Shown: positions 1 to 9,117, counted from the stretch's first letter. The stretch is 64,000 bases of DNA from an uncultured bacterium (GCA_903894565.1 CAITQP010000011.1:6515-70514); one strand, 5' to 3'. Made by a program: numbers and translations. The notes: generated from the sequence alone by a model not told the origin.

Positions 1-316
1 TGTCTACCGCCTTGGTATCGCACACACACGCCGTCTTGCTCGTCAGATGGTTTCCCACGGACATTTCGTCGTCAATGGTAAGCGCACAACAGTCCCATCG
101 TACGCGGTGAAGATTGGAGATGTCGTTACTGTTCGCGAAGGAAGTAAGAAAAGCGTTCTCTTTACCGAACTCGCCAAGAAGCTCCAGAATTACGCAACAC
201 CAAAATGGCTTCGCTTCGATATCGAGAAATTAGAAGCAAAGATTGACGGAGCACCAGTACTCGAAACAGGCGGTGCATTCAATCTCAACACAGTGCTCGA
301 ATACTACAGTCGTTAA
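1..316 (+). CDS. rpsD: 30S ribosomal protein S4, C-terminal part (5' end outside window)
   Basis: Translation ...SHGHFVVNGKRTTVPSYAVKIGDVVTVREGSK...LEYYSR matches the S4 C-terminal S4-domain; followed by rpoA as in the canonical operon. Confidence 0.88.
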   Translation, partial: VYRLGIAHTRRLARQMVSHGHFVVNGKRTTVPSYAVKIGDVVTVREGSKKSVLFTELAKKLQNYATPKWLRFDIEKLEAKIDGAPVLETGGAFNLNTVLEYYSR

Positions 317-366
317 TTGGTCGTTTCATTTGGTTCTAACCATTATCATTCATTTTTTGCATACTT

Positions 367-1341
367 ATGTCGGATCACAACATCATTCTTCCATCAAAGC
401 CTCGCATCGTCAGTGAAGACGGTCACAAGGGCGTGTACGAGATCGACGGGCTCTATCCTGGGTATGGTCACACGCTCGGCAACTCACTTCGCCGAATTGT
501 GCTCTCATCCCTTCCAGGTGCTGCTATTACGCACGTCAAAATTGACGGTGTTTCTCATGAGTTCTCGACCGTAGAAGGCGTCAAGGAAGACGTTGTTCTT
601 ATCCTTCTCCATCTTAAGAAGATTCGTTTTAAGATGACAACCGATGAGCCTCAGACTGCAACTCTTTCTGTAAAGGGTGCAAAGATGGCAACAGCAGGCG
701 ACATGACTGTCTCTGGACAGCTTGAAGTACTCAACCCAGATCTCTTTATTGCAGAGCTCACAGACAAGTCAGCTTCACTCAATATCGAAGTTCGTGTTGA
801 GCGTGGTCTTGGATTCATGCCTCGTGAGATGCATGAGAAGGGCAAGGTTGAAATCGGCACAATGGCTGTTGATGCAATCTTCACTCCAATCCGCCGTGTT
901 TCCTACGAAGTAGAGAACATGCGTGTTGGTGACAAGACAAACCACAACCGTCTCCGCATGCTCATCGAAACAGATGGCACGATCACTCCACGCGAAGCGC
1001 TTGAAAATTCAATCCGCATCATGATCGACCAGCTCGCTGCTATCATCGGATTTACCGAAGAACAGGCTGAATCTGGTGCTGCCGCAATGACAAATGATAC
1101 TGCAAGCGATGACCTCAACGAAGAGGGCAAAGACGACATGAGCGAAGTCCTCAAGACTCGCATCGACACACTTGATTTCTCCACACGAACGTTGAACGCC
1201 CTCACCGATGCGGGCATTCGTACGCTCGGAGGCCTTGCTCGCAAGAAGAAAGAAGATCTTCTTGAGATTGAAGGTATGGGGGAAAAGGGAATTCAGGAGA
1301 TAAAGCGTATTCTTTCCAATTACGGTATCACCCTGAAATAA
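367..1341 (+). CDS. rpoA: DNA-directed RNA polymerase subunit alpha
   Basis: 324 aa; N-terminal dimerisation domain (VYEIDGLYPGYGHTLGNSLRRILLSS) and C-terminal alphaCTD (LDFSTRTLNALTDAGIRTLGGL). Confidence 0.95.
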   Translation: MSDHNIILPSKPRIVSEDGHKGVYEIDGLYPGYGHTLGNSLRRIVLSSLPGAAITHVKIDGVSHEFSTVEGVKEDVVLILLHLKKIRFKMTTDEPQTATLSVKGAKMATAGDMTVSGQLEVLNPDLFIAELTDKSASLNIEVRVERGLGFMPREMHEKGKVEIGTMAVDAIFTPIRRVSYEVENMRVGDKTNHNRLRMLIETDGTITPREALENSIRIMIDQLAAIIGFTEEQAESGAAAMTNDTASDDLNEEGKDDMSEVLKTRIDTLDFSTRTLNALTDAGIRTLGGLARKKKEDLLEIEGMGEKGIQEIKRILSNYGITLK

Positions 1342-1368
1342 TTTTAGTATTTCGATTTATTCACAATT

Positions 1369-1722
1369 ATGAGACACGCAAACAAAAACAGAAAATTCGG
1401 TCGCGAGAGAAAAGTCCGCAGTACCTTCCTTAAGGGGCTTGCGCTTGATCTCATTCGTCACGGCAAAATCACCACTACTGAAGCTCGCGCAAAGGAGCTC
1501 CGCAAGGTCGTTGAGCCACTCGTAACACTCGCAAAAAGTGGAGACACTGCAAGCCACCGCTTGGCAGTATCCCGACTCCTCAATCGCAAGACTGAGACCA
1601 AGAAACTTTTTGAAGAGATTGCGCCAGGGTACGCAACACGTCCAGGTGGATACACACGCATCACGCGCCTTCCGGTGCGAAAGTCGGATGCTTCTCGAAT
1701 GGCAGTCATCGAGTTTGTATAA
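1369..1722 (+). CDS. rplQ: 50S ribosomal protein L17
   Basis: 117 aa MRHANKNRKFGRERKVRSTFLKGLA... typical L17; immediately downstream of rpoA. Confidence 0.92.
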   Translation: MRHANKNRKFGRERKVRSTFLKGLALDLIRHGKITTTEARAKELRKVVEPLVTLAKSGDTASHRLAVSRLLNRKTETKKLFEEIAPGYATRPGGYTRITRLPVRKSDASRMAVIEFV

Positions 1723-1754
1723 TTCCGAACTTTAGGGTAAGGTAAATCACAGCA

Positions 1755-2123
1755 ATGAAAACAACGACTAAAAACAACAAAATGACAACAATCGATGCTT
1801 CAGGCATTACGGTTGGACGCGTAGCTACTCAGGTTGCGCTTGCGCTCATGGGAAAGGACTCTGCAACATTCGAACGTCATATGATGAACGGAGGCAAAGT
1901 AACTGTCACGAATGCAAAGAAGATCAAGATTGATCCTCGTAAGCTCGACACAGTCAAGTTCGCTCAGTACTCAGGATATCCAGGTGGTCTCCGTTACGAG
2001 ACGCTTGCACAGGTGCTTGAGAAGAAAGGTATCGAGGAAGTTCTCCGCCGTGCGGTCTACGGCATGCTCCCAGGCAACAAGCTCCGCCCAGAGATCATGA
2101 AGAACCTTGTCGTAACCGAATAA
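1755..2123 (+). CDS. rplM: 50S ribosomal protein L13 (alternative start at 1782)
   Basis: TIDASGITVGRVATQVALALMGKD...KIKIDPRKL..GYPGGL matches L13. Confidence 0.9.
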   Translation: MKTTTKNNKMTTIDASGITVGRVATQVALALMGKDSATFERHMMNGGKVTVTNAKKIKIDPRKLDTVKFAQYSGYPGGLRYETLAQVLEKKGIEEVLRRAVYGMLPGNKLRPEIMKNLVVTE

Positions 2124-2130
2124 TATTTAT

Positions 2131-2532
2131 ATGTCAGAAAAGAAAACATACACAGAGAAGATCGGTCGCCGAAAGACATCAACATGTCGCGTTCGTTTGA
2201 CTCCTGCAACCAAGTCATCATTCACCGTCAACGGTAAGGATGTAAAGGATTACTTCAAGACCGTTGCGCTCATGAAGGTTGTCAACGATGCAATGACACT
2301 CGTTGCTCCAGATCAGAAATATGAAGTAACAGTTATGGTCAACGGTGGAGGAATCCACTCACAGGCCGAAGCAGTTCGTCACGGACTCGCTCGTTACTTC
2401 GCTGAATTAAACGAAGACTCAAAGACAAAGCTCAAGAAAGAAGGCTACCTCAAACGTGATCCACGTTCAAAGGAACGCCGAAAGTTCGGTCTCAAAAAGG
2501 CCCGCAAAGCCCCACAGTGGTCAAAGCGTTAA
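2131..2532 (+). CDS. rpsI: 30S ribosomal protein S9
   Basis: 133 aa ending ...RKFGLKKARKAPQWSKR, classic S9 C-terminus; follows rplM. Confidence 0.92.
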   Translation: MSEKKTYTEKIGRRKTSTCRVRLTPATKSSFTVNGKDVKDYFKTVALMKVVNDAMTLVAPDQKYEVTVMVNGGGIHSQAEAVRHGLARYFAELNEDSKTKLKKEGYLKRDPRSKERRKFGLKKARKAPQWSKR

Positions 2533-2544
2533 TCAGGACTTTTC

Positions 2545-2574
2545 AAAAAACACCCGAATATGGGTGTTTTTTGT
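2545..2574 (+). terminator. rho-independent terminator after rpsI
   Basis: hairpin acaccc-gaatat-gggtgt followed by T-run. Confidence 0.7.
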
Positions 2575-2656
2575 TGTGCCATTTGGGTGTTTACTCATGC
2601 CACAATGTGTAGTAGTGTAGGTTTCAGAACAGGTAGTTCATAAAATTCTGTAAAAA

Positions 2657-3037
2657 ATGAAAATAGTGAAAATGACAGTATTGCTGTTCATGTTTGTCGC
2701 TCAGACTACTTGGGCACAGCAGAGCGTGTCAGCTCGTGTGAGAGAACAGAGTCGGAGTTTGAACCACGCAATCGAGAATCGCGAAGAAGTACTCTCTGAT
2801 TCTATTTTTGCTGAGGTAAAAAAAAGTTTTCTAAGAAAGACATATATTATCTCAACACTAGATAAGAAATATTGGTATCGGTGCACACAACCGAGATTTC
2901 GAAGGAAAATGAAAATTTGGATACCGAAGGCATATGCTTCTGTTTCAAGAAGAAAAATGAGCACGAGTGCTCGAAGTAACCATAATTTTTTAATAAAATT
3001 AAATGCTCAGAAAAAACACTTTCACTTAGAAAAGTAA
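2657..3037 (+). CDS. hypothetical small basic protein with N-terminal signal-like segment
   Basis: 126-aa ORF MKIVKMTVLLFMFVAQTTWAQQ... then K/R-rich tail; lies in its own unit bracketed by terminators at 2545 and 3069; no recognisable family. Confidence 0.3.
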   Translation: MKIVKMTVLLFMFVAQTTWAQQSVSARVREQSRSLNHAIENREEVLSDSIFAEVKKSFLRKTYIISTLDKKYWYRCTQPRFRRKMKIWIPKAYASVSRRKMSTSARSNHNFLIKLNAQKKHFHLEK

Positions 3038-3068
3038 CACACTCAATGAATTTGAAGACGATTTGATT

Positions 3069-3095
3069 GCACCAGATTTCCTGGTGCTTTTTTTG
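3069..3095 (+). terminator. rho-independent terminator
   Basis: gcaccag-atttc-ctggtgc followed by T7. Confidence 0.65.
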
Positions 3096-3124
3096 TTGTG
3101 TTAGTATTTTTTATAATTTGAACT

Positions 3125-3400
3125 GTGTATACTAGTGGTGTGAAAACGACTTTTACCGAAAAAGTAAAAAAGATTGTTTCAGAAATTCCCAAAGGCGAGA
3201 CGCTTACGTATGCGGAGGTCGCACGACGCGCGGGGAGTCCAGATGCTGTGCGTGCTGTTGGGTCAATCATGAAGTTGAATTATGACCCGGCGGTGCCTTG
3301 TCATCGAGTCATACGATCGGATGGAACGGTTGGAGAATACAATCGGGGAGGAGCGCGAGCGAAGCTCGCGCTCCTTATTGCCGAAGGTGCTCATATCTAA
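3125..3400 (+). CDS. ogt: methylated-DNA--protein-cysteine methyltransferase (catalytic/DNA-binding domain only)
   Basis: 91 aa with active-site PCHRV motif and ...YNRGGARAKLALL; single-domain MGMT. Confidence 0.75.
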   Translation: MYTSGVKTTFTEKVKKIVSEIPKGETLTYAEVARRAGSPDAVRAVGSIMKLNYDPAVPCHRVIRSDGTVGEYNRGGARAKLALLIAEGAHI

Positions 3401-3498
3401 ATCAAAAGCAGAGTGCTTCTTGTACCTCACATCTTGACGTACTATAAAAGTGTATATATAGTAAAAAATAAGACGGGTAGTCTTTAAAAAGCTGTAAC

Positions 3499-3744
3499 AT
3501 GATTAAAGAAATCGAAAAAAATCGGAATCGCATGATTCCAATTAATGAGTGTAACAAAGGGATAAAAGATCTCTACTGGTTGAATAACCTTATCCTTGGA
3601 TTTGGATTTGGGTGCTATCTTCTTCCGGAAGGATTAAAATTTTTTTTCCAGCTTGATACTGGAATAATTTTTTACCTCGTAGGGTCGGCAGCCCTGATAC
3701 TTCATGTTCGGTTGCTTCAAACTCTCAAGCTACTAAGAACATAA
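3499..3744 (+). CDS. hypothetical small membrane protein
   Basis: 81-aa ORF with two hydrophobic segments; no family recognised. Confidence 0.3.
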   Translation: MIKEIEKNRNRMIPINECNKGIKDLYWLNNLILGFGFGCYLLPEGLKFFFQLDTGIIFYLVGSAALILHVRLLQTLKLLRT

Positions 3745-3862
3745 AAACACGCACAGCATGCACTATGAGTCACCGAGATAATATCAAAGGTGGCTTTTGT
3801 TATGGGAAGTCGATGTTGCATAAGTATTCAAAATAGATATAAAAATAGGGTATACTTATCTT

Positions 3863-4414
3863 ATGGACATATTTGCACACGCACTCTGGACGACGGCGGG
3901 CACTCGCGCGGTAAACTCAAATCTCGAAAAGAAACACAAGCAACTCATTCAAGTTGGCTGGACGGCATTTTGGGGAGTCTTTCCTGATCTCTTTGCCTTC
4001 GTACTTCCAATGATTCTTTCTATTCCTACGCTCATTCATAACGGGCTCATGTTTGGTCGACCTTCGACCATGGGACTCTCTGCCAATCTGTACCAATATA
4101 GTCACTCGCTCGTCATTTGGCTCGCAGTCTTTCTCATTGTGTGGTTCATCAAAAAACGCCCCGCATATGAACTGTGTGGTTGGGCGCTTCACATTTTGAT
4201 TGATATTCCATCACACGCGGCGAATTTTTATCCAACGCCATTTTTGTTTCCCGTATCAAGTTACAAATTTTTGCACGGGATCTCGTGGGGCAACAAATAC
4301 TACATGATCATCAATTACACGTCGCTCATCGTTGTGTACGGATATTTTTTCATTCGTAAAATGAAAACGAAACGTGCTCAAAAAAACGCAAAAGATTATC
4401 TCGCGAGTAAATAG
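3863..4414 (+). CDS. polytopic membrane protein, YdjM/DUF457-like putative metal-dependent hydrolase
   Basis: 183 aa, 4-5 TM, conserved His positions (MDIFAHALW, FPDLFAF, HSLVIWL, HILIDIPSH) reminiscent of DUF457. Confidence 0.4.
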   Translation: MDIFAHALWTTAGTRAVNSNLEKKHKQLIQVGWTAFWGVFPDLFAFVLPMILSIPTLIHNGLMFGRPSTMGLSANLYQYSHSLVIWLAVFLIVWFIKKRPAYELCGWALHILIDIPSHAANFYPTPFLFPVSSYKFLHGISWGNKYYMIINYTSLIVVYGYFFIRKMKTKRAQKNAKDYLASK

Positions 4415-4416
4415 CT

Positions 4417-4932
4417 ATGACGAAGAAATCGAAAGTTGTCGTCGTCAACGACAAAATGCAAAAAGGGTATACGTATGAACTCGTCGAGCCTGAGGGTCGT
4501 AATTTTGATCCGCTCTTTCGTCCTGAACTTACACCCAAAGAAATGCTCGTACTGGGTATTTTTGGTGGTAAGTACATGACTGACTGCACAAACGAATTTC
4601 CCAAAAGTTGGTTTACGCACGCCAAGCTCTCGCCAGGGAAATATGACGCCTCGCTCAACTATTTCAAAATAAACGCTTCGCAAAGTTTGAATGAATGGAA
4701 GAAGAAGGGCTGGATATATAAAAATGATCCACGCGGATGGTTTCAGTGGTATTGTCGCTATTACATGGGTCGCAGAATCCCTGGTGAGGATACACGCCAG
4801 ATCAAGCGTTGGAACGCTATACGGAGGCATATTGCGCAAATACAGGCCAATTGCAGGCCTGGGGACACTCTCTGTCGACCGCGCCAGAGACAGGCGCTCC
4901 TTCATTGGGCCTACGACACTCGTGAACTCTAA
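4417..4932 (+). CDS. hypothetical protein
   Basis: 171-aa ORF, 3-bp gap to upstream gene; Cys/Trp-rich (WFQWYCRYY), no family recognised. Confidence 0.45.
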   Translation: MTKKSKVVVVNDKMQKGYTYELVEPEGRNFDPLFRPELTPKEMLVLGIFGGKYMTDCTNEFPKSWFTHAKLSPGKYDASLNYFKINASQSLNEWKKKGWIYKNDPRGWFQWYCRYYMGRRIPGEDTRQIKRWNAIRRHIAQIQANCRPGDTLCRPRQRQALLHWAYDTREL

Positions 4933-4956
4933 AATGTTTGGTATAATCGGATCACT

Positions 4957-5331
4957 ATGAAAAATAAAAATCTTTGGATCTCATTGCTTGTCATCATTCT
5001 GGCTGCCGTTGTCGCTGGATATCTTTTGCGTCGTCACGTGAATGCACCAGTGCCTACCGCGCTCAATCAAAATCCTTCCTATACATTTCTCTGTCCCGAC
5101 CAAAAATCGATCACTGCAACATTTCATCTTCCTGATGACGCGAGCGTAGGCGTTGCTCTCAGTGATGGACGCACCATGAATCTACCGCACGCAGTATCAG
5201 CGAGTGGTGCACGTTACGCAAACGCGGACGAAAGTTTTGTATTTTGGAACAAGGGAACGTCGGCCTTTATCGAAGAAAACGGAAAGACTACCTATGATGG
5301 TTGTGTAACAAGTGCTCCGAATAATCAATAA
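4957..5331 (+). CDS. membrane-anchored MliC-like (C-type lysozyme inhibitor) domain protein
   Basis: N-terminal TM anchor, then two-Cys beta-barrel-like region YTFLCPDQKSITATF...SGARYANADESFVFWNKG...YDGC typical of the MliC family. Confidence 0.55.
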   Translation: MKNKNLWISLLVIILAAVVAGYLLRRHVNAPVPTALNQNPSYTFLCPDQKSITATFHLPDDASVGVALSDGRTMNLPHAVSASGARYANADESFVFWNKGTSAFIEENGKTTYDGCVTSAPNNQ

Positions 5332-5334
5332 TCT

Positions 5335-6108
5335 ATGAACGCACTTCACGCAATCATACTTGGAATCATTGAAGGTATCACCGAGTTCCTTCCGATTTCT
5401 TCGACGGGCCACATGATCCTCACCGCAAATCTTCTGCACCTCACTGAAACTGATTTTGTAAAAAGTTTTGAGATATTCATTCAGCTTGGCGCGATCCTTG
5501 CCGTCGTCATTTTGTATTGGAAGCGAGTATTGCTCTCATGGAAAACATTTTCCCGTGTTGCTGTCGCATTCATCCCGACAGCAGTGATTGGTTTACTCGC
5601 GTATAAATTCGTCAAAGCACATTTGCTCGGCAATATGCACGTCGTACTCTGGTCACTTTTTCTTGGCGGTATCTTCCTTGTTGTGTTTGAATACTTTCAG
5701 AAAGGAAAGACTGCTCGCGTAAACACAATTGAATCGATTACGTACACTCAAGCACTCTGGATCGGTATCTTTCAAGCGATCGCCATTATCCCAGGTGTGT
5801 CTCGATCAGCTGCGACGATTGTTGGCGGACTTGCGCTCGGCATCGCGCGCGACACGATTGTTGAGTTCTCTTTTATGCTCGCGATCCCAACTATGCTTGC
5901 AGCCACAGGACTTGATTTGATCAAATCCGGATTTCATTTTTCAGGACAAGAAACGGAAATGCTCGGTATTGGATTCGTTGTCGCATTCATTTCCGCATTC
6001 TTCGCAATAAAATTCTTGCTCGACTACGTGAAGAATCACACATTCGTTTCGTTTGGTGTGTATCGCATCGGAATTTCAATTGCTTTTCTTTTGTATCTGA
6101 TATACTAG
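5335..6108 (+). CDS. uppP: undecaprenyl-diphosphatase
   Basis: 257 aa with UppP/BacA signature GIIEGITEFLPISSTGH and second PGVSRSAATI motif. Confidence 0.93.
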   Translation: MNALHAIILGIIEGITEFLPISSTGHMILTANLLHLTETDFVKSFEIFIQLGAILAVVILYWKRVLLSWKTFSRVAVAFIPTAVIGLLAYKFVKAHLLGNMHVVLWSLFLGGIFLVVFEYFQKGKTARVNTIESITYTQALWIGIFQAIAIIPGVSRSAATIVGGLALGIARDTIVEFSFMLAIPTMLAATGLDLIKSGFHFSGQETEMLGIGFVVAFISAFFAIKFLLDYVKNHTFVSFGVYRIGISIAFLLYLIY

Positions 6109-6235
6109 GAGTGTTATTAATTACAAATAATTCTATTTTCATTTATGGCAAAAGGAATTTCACACAAGAAGGAAGCGAAGAAGCCAAAGAAGGCAAAGGC
6201 AGATAAGAAGAAGTAGGGAATACAGGTGCACAAAA

Positions 6236-6270
6236 ACAAAAGCCGCCCCGTGAGGGGCGGCTTTTGTTTT
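6236..6270. terminator. bidirectional rho-independent terminator between uppP unit and cspA
   Basis: aaaagccgcccc-gtga-ggggcggctttt flanked by A-run and T-run. Confidence 0.75.
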
Positions 6271-6284
6271 TGATTGCTCAAAGA

Positions 6285-6491
6285 TTACGCGTTCTGAACG
6301 AGCTGTACGTTTACAGCATTCTGTCCTTTTGGCGAGTCTTCAACTTCAAATGAAACAGTCTCTCCTTCGCGAAGGTCGTCGAAAGCGACGCCTACGAGGT
6401 TCTTGCTGTGGAAGAAAATATCCTTAGCAAGTCCTTCTGCTGAGATGAAACCGAAACCTTTGTCAGTGAGCTTTTTGATTATTCCAGTCAT
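6285..6491 (-). CDS. cspA: cold-shock protein
   Basis: 68 aa MTGIIKKLTDKGFGFISAEG...FHSKNL...FEVEDSPKGQNAVNV, canonical CSD with RNP motifs. Confidence 0.9.
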   Translation of the reverse strand: MTGIIKKLTDKGFGFISAEGLAKDIFFHSKNLVGVAFDDLREGETVSFEVEDSPKGQNAVNVQLVQNA

Positions 6492-6698
6492 TGGTGTTTT
6501 GTTTAAACTTCTAAATACAAATGTAGTCTGCTCTTCAAATCGACTCCTTTCGAACCCAACTTCTTTGCAAAGAGAATTATATCACCAGTCGTATAAAAAG
6601 TCAAGGACATACTTTGGTGCACAAAATTGACTGGACCAGACGCAAATATAGCCTGACTTTGGAGTCAGGCTATATTCTTGATTGATTTCGTTAAATTT

Positions 6699-7142
6699 TT
6701 ACACCAGGTCAGTTAAGATCGGTGGCGCAGGCAACTTGGCAACTTTTACAATGTACCCATTTTTTCTGATAGTAAGATAATTTCTATCATAAGTTGGGTA
6801 TGAGATTGTTATCTGGCTGGCGACTGCCGCTCTTGTAATGAGAAGCTCGTCCAGCAGTGGTACAACATCGGTTTTGTACCTGCCAGGAGCGTCGACTTCA
6901 TCAGAAGACGCGCGTCCCCTGATAGTGAAAAGATGCTGGCACTTAACCTCGTGAGAAGCTACCAGTATCGCCATTTTCTGGGATATTTTTTCGATGACAA
7001 TGTCGTCCTGCTTTACTTCAGAATATTTTCCCAGTTGGGTAGAAACATCTGTACCTGTAATTTGGTGCGAATGAAGCATTTTAACGTTTTGCTCTTCGTC
7101 AGTAACGTGAAAAATTTCTCCGTAATTTTCTGTTAATTTCAT
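6699..7142 (-). CDS. hypothetical protein, paralog of 7298-7777
   Basis: 147 aa; shares N-terminal (TDEEQNVKMLHSHQITGTDV vs TEDHHVLKLRTYELTSAEV) and C-terminal (RKNGYIVKV vs RKNGFIVEV) blocks with the adjacent ORF. Confidence 0.5.
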   Translation of the reverse strand: MKLTENYGEIFHVTDEEQNVKMLHSHQITGTDVSTQLGKYSEVKQDDIVIEKISQKMAILVASHEVKCQHLFTIRGRASSDEVDAPGRYKTDVVPLLDELLITRAAVASQITISYPTYDRNYLTIRKNGYIVKVAKLPAPPILTDLV

Positions 7143-7297
7143 AATTCAATTCTTGGTTTGTGAACACATTAAAATTAAAGTGGTAAATTGTCAAATCGCT
7201 GCGAGTGCCGCGTTTTTGTAGTTAAAATCGAAAGAGGGAATTGGGTATAAAAAATACCCAACATTGCGCTGGGCATTTTTTACAATATTTTTACGTT

Positions 7298-7777
7298 CTA
7301 TCTCGAGAACAAACTGCGATGAAAAATTATCGATAACTCATCACTATTCTTCTCTGACGAAATTTCTTCATCGTTTACCTCAACGATGAAGCCATTTTTC
7401 CTGAGTGATAGTGCGCGAATTTTGTTTGCAGCGTAAAATTGATCCAATTGACGGTTGAAGTCAGCTTTAATTTTACTTAGTTCCTCGATTATGTCTCCGG
7501 CATTTTGTGCTCCCTTTGCCAGAAGGTTCAAAGATTCACCTTGTTGAGCGCCTTGTAGAAGGTAAAGTTTTTCTACGTGTTTGGCGTACCTGGTTTCTTG
7601 GATCGCCATCGTTGGAGTAATTCGACCGATATTATTTTCGGTAGATTCATCTATTTCTGGGTATGTTGCCATGTGCGCAACAACCTCTGCACTTGTCAGT
7701 TCATATGTTCTTAATTTTAACACATGATGGTCCTCTGTCATTGCAGGGTACGGCTGAGAGATTTTGTTTTGATACAT
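7298..7777 (-). CDS. hypothetical protein, paralog of 6699-7142
   Basis: 159 aa acidic protein; tandem duplicate of neighbouring ORF. Confidence 0.5.
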   Translation of the reverse strand: MYQNKISQPYPAMTEDHHVLKLRTYELTSAEVVAHMATYPEIDESTENNIGRITPTMAIQETRYAKHVEKLYLLQGAQQGESLNLLAKGAQNAGDIIEELSKIKADFNRQLDQFYAANKIRALSLRKNGFIVEVNDEEISSEKNSDELSIIFHRSLFSR

Positions 7778-7844
7778 TTTAATTTTGGTTTGTCATCAAT
7801 TTAAAACAAAAATACTAAATTGTCAATGCTTATGCTAAACCACA

Positions 7845-8411
7845 TTGAGATATACTAGTATCATGATTTCGAACGAAAAAATCGATCAACTCCTTGTTGG
7901 TGAACAAACTGAACACAAGGAAACATATCCGAATCTTTACATTCGTCACTACCTCGAACAATATCGAATCTATTTGCGCGTGCTTGGCAATACCGCCGAA
8001 CGTCGCCAACAATCAAACGAATTCTTTCTCGGTATCAACACCGCCATCATGGCAATACTTGGATACATCGAGACCAAGGAGGTTGCACATTCAACAACAC
8101 TCATTTTTACAATTGTGCCATTCATCGGCATTGTCATTTGTCGTTCGTGGTGGCAAGCGATGCAATCATACCGTCAGCTCGCGAAAGCGAAATTTCGCGT
8201 GATTCATCGCATGGAGCGCAAACTTCCGGCAGCGCTCTTTGAGACCGAATGGGAGATTCTCGGTCGTGGCAAAAAGCCGAGTGAATACTATCCGCTCTCA
8301 CTCGTGGAAAAAAATGTTCCGCTCATATTCATTTTGTTGTACCTCGTTATCTTCTTCGCAAATTCTCCGTTTGTGAATGTTATCGCTCCCTATTTCCAAG
8401 CATGGAAATAA
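7845..8411 (+). CDS. 3-TM membrane protein with SLATT/DUF4231-like architecture
   Basis: 188 aa: ~60-aa N-terminal helix, TM hairpin (FFLGINTAIMAILGYI / TLIFTIVPFIGIVICR), then amphipathic SWWQAMQSYRQLAKAKFRVIHRMERKL, and a third TM at the C-terminus. Confidence 0.4.
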   Translation: MRYTSIMISNEKIDQLLVGEQTEHKETYPNLYIRHYLEQYRIYLRVLGNTAERRQQSNEFFLGINTAIMAILGYIETKEVAHSTTLIFTIVPFIGIVICRSWWQAMQSYRQLAKAKFRVIHRMERKLPAALFETEWEILGRGKKPSEYYPLSLVEKNVPLIFILLYLVIFFANSPFVNVIAPYFQAWK

Positions 8412-8430
8412 ATAGTCTGTAAACTCGAAT

Positions 8431-9117
8431 ATGACCTCGAAAATACCTTGGGATGATGTCGTTGATAAGTTTGATACATATAAAGACGAACTTTATTACG
8501 GAGCAGCCGATAATATTGAAACGGTTTGGCCAGTAGTTTTAGATTTTATAAAAAACAAGATTCATATTTCTCACGGCATAAAAGCTTTGGATTTTGGGTG
8601 TGGTACAGGAATGTTTTGTCGAGAGCTGCAAAGTCTTGGTTTTGAATCTTTTGGTATTGATGTGTCTCCTGAAATGATTAGAGTTGGAAAAGAACATTTG
8701 GGTCAAGATAGTCATTTGTATGTTGGGGATACATCACTTGCAAAAAGTCTTACAGAAAAAGAAGGAGCGTTTGATCTGATTGTTTCAATAATGGTGTTGC
8801 AGTTTATTGAAGATCAGAAAATACAAGAGCTTGGCAGGGCACTAAAAAAGGGTGGGTATTGTATTCTTGTAAATCATAATCCTCTGCACTTGAAAGCGAG
8901 AGGTTTTACCGACACTTTTACACTCGGCGGTACTGATACAACGATACCTCTCTATCAGCGGTCAGCTGAAGATTATGATGCTTTACTTGCTCCACTTGGT
9001 TTCAAAAGGATTTTTGAAACATACGCGACTGAAAGTCCTGAATTTTTAAAAAAGTATAATCTTGTTCGACCCTCTGACGACCCTAAATATCTCGTTTTAG
9101 CATATACATTAAACTAA
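8431..9117 (+). CDS. class I SAM-dependent methyltransferase
   Basis: motif I ALDFGCGTGMF, post-I acidic residue, motif DLIVSIMVLQFI; small-molecule MTase type. Confidence 0.8.
   Translation: MTSKIPWDDVVDKFDTYKDELYYGAADNIETVWPVVLDFIKNKIHISHGIKALDFGCGTGMFCRELQSLGFESFGIDVSPEMIRVGKEHLGQDSHLYVGDTSLAKSLTEKEGAFDLIVSIMVLQFIEDQKIQELGRALKKGGYCILVNHNPLHLKARGFTDTFTLGGTDTTIPLYQRSAEDYDALLAPLGFKRIFETYATESPEFLKKYNLVRPSDDPKYLVLAYTLN

Noticed and set aside
317-574. 85-aa ORF overlapping the rpoA start
   Set aside because: Out-of-frame overlap with rpoA. Its Cys/His-rich odd composition is explained by alternate-frame reading.
2640-3100. Considered tmRNA, RNase P RNA, 6S or SRP RNA in the terminator-bracketed unit after rpsI
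   Set aside because: None of the diagnostic motifs I know are present: GGGG...tag-peptide...ALAA with tRNA-like end; GGAAAGUCCGG P4 region; GGAAGCAGCC SRP helix 8. Kept as a low-confidence ORF instead.
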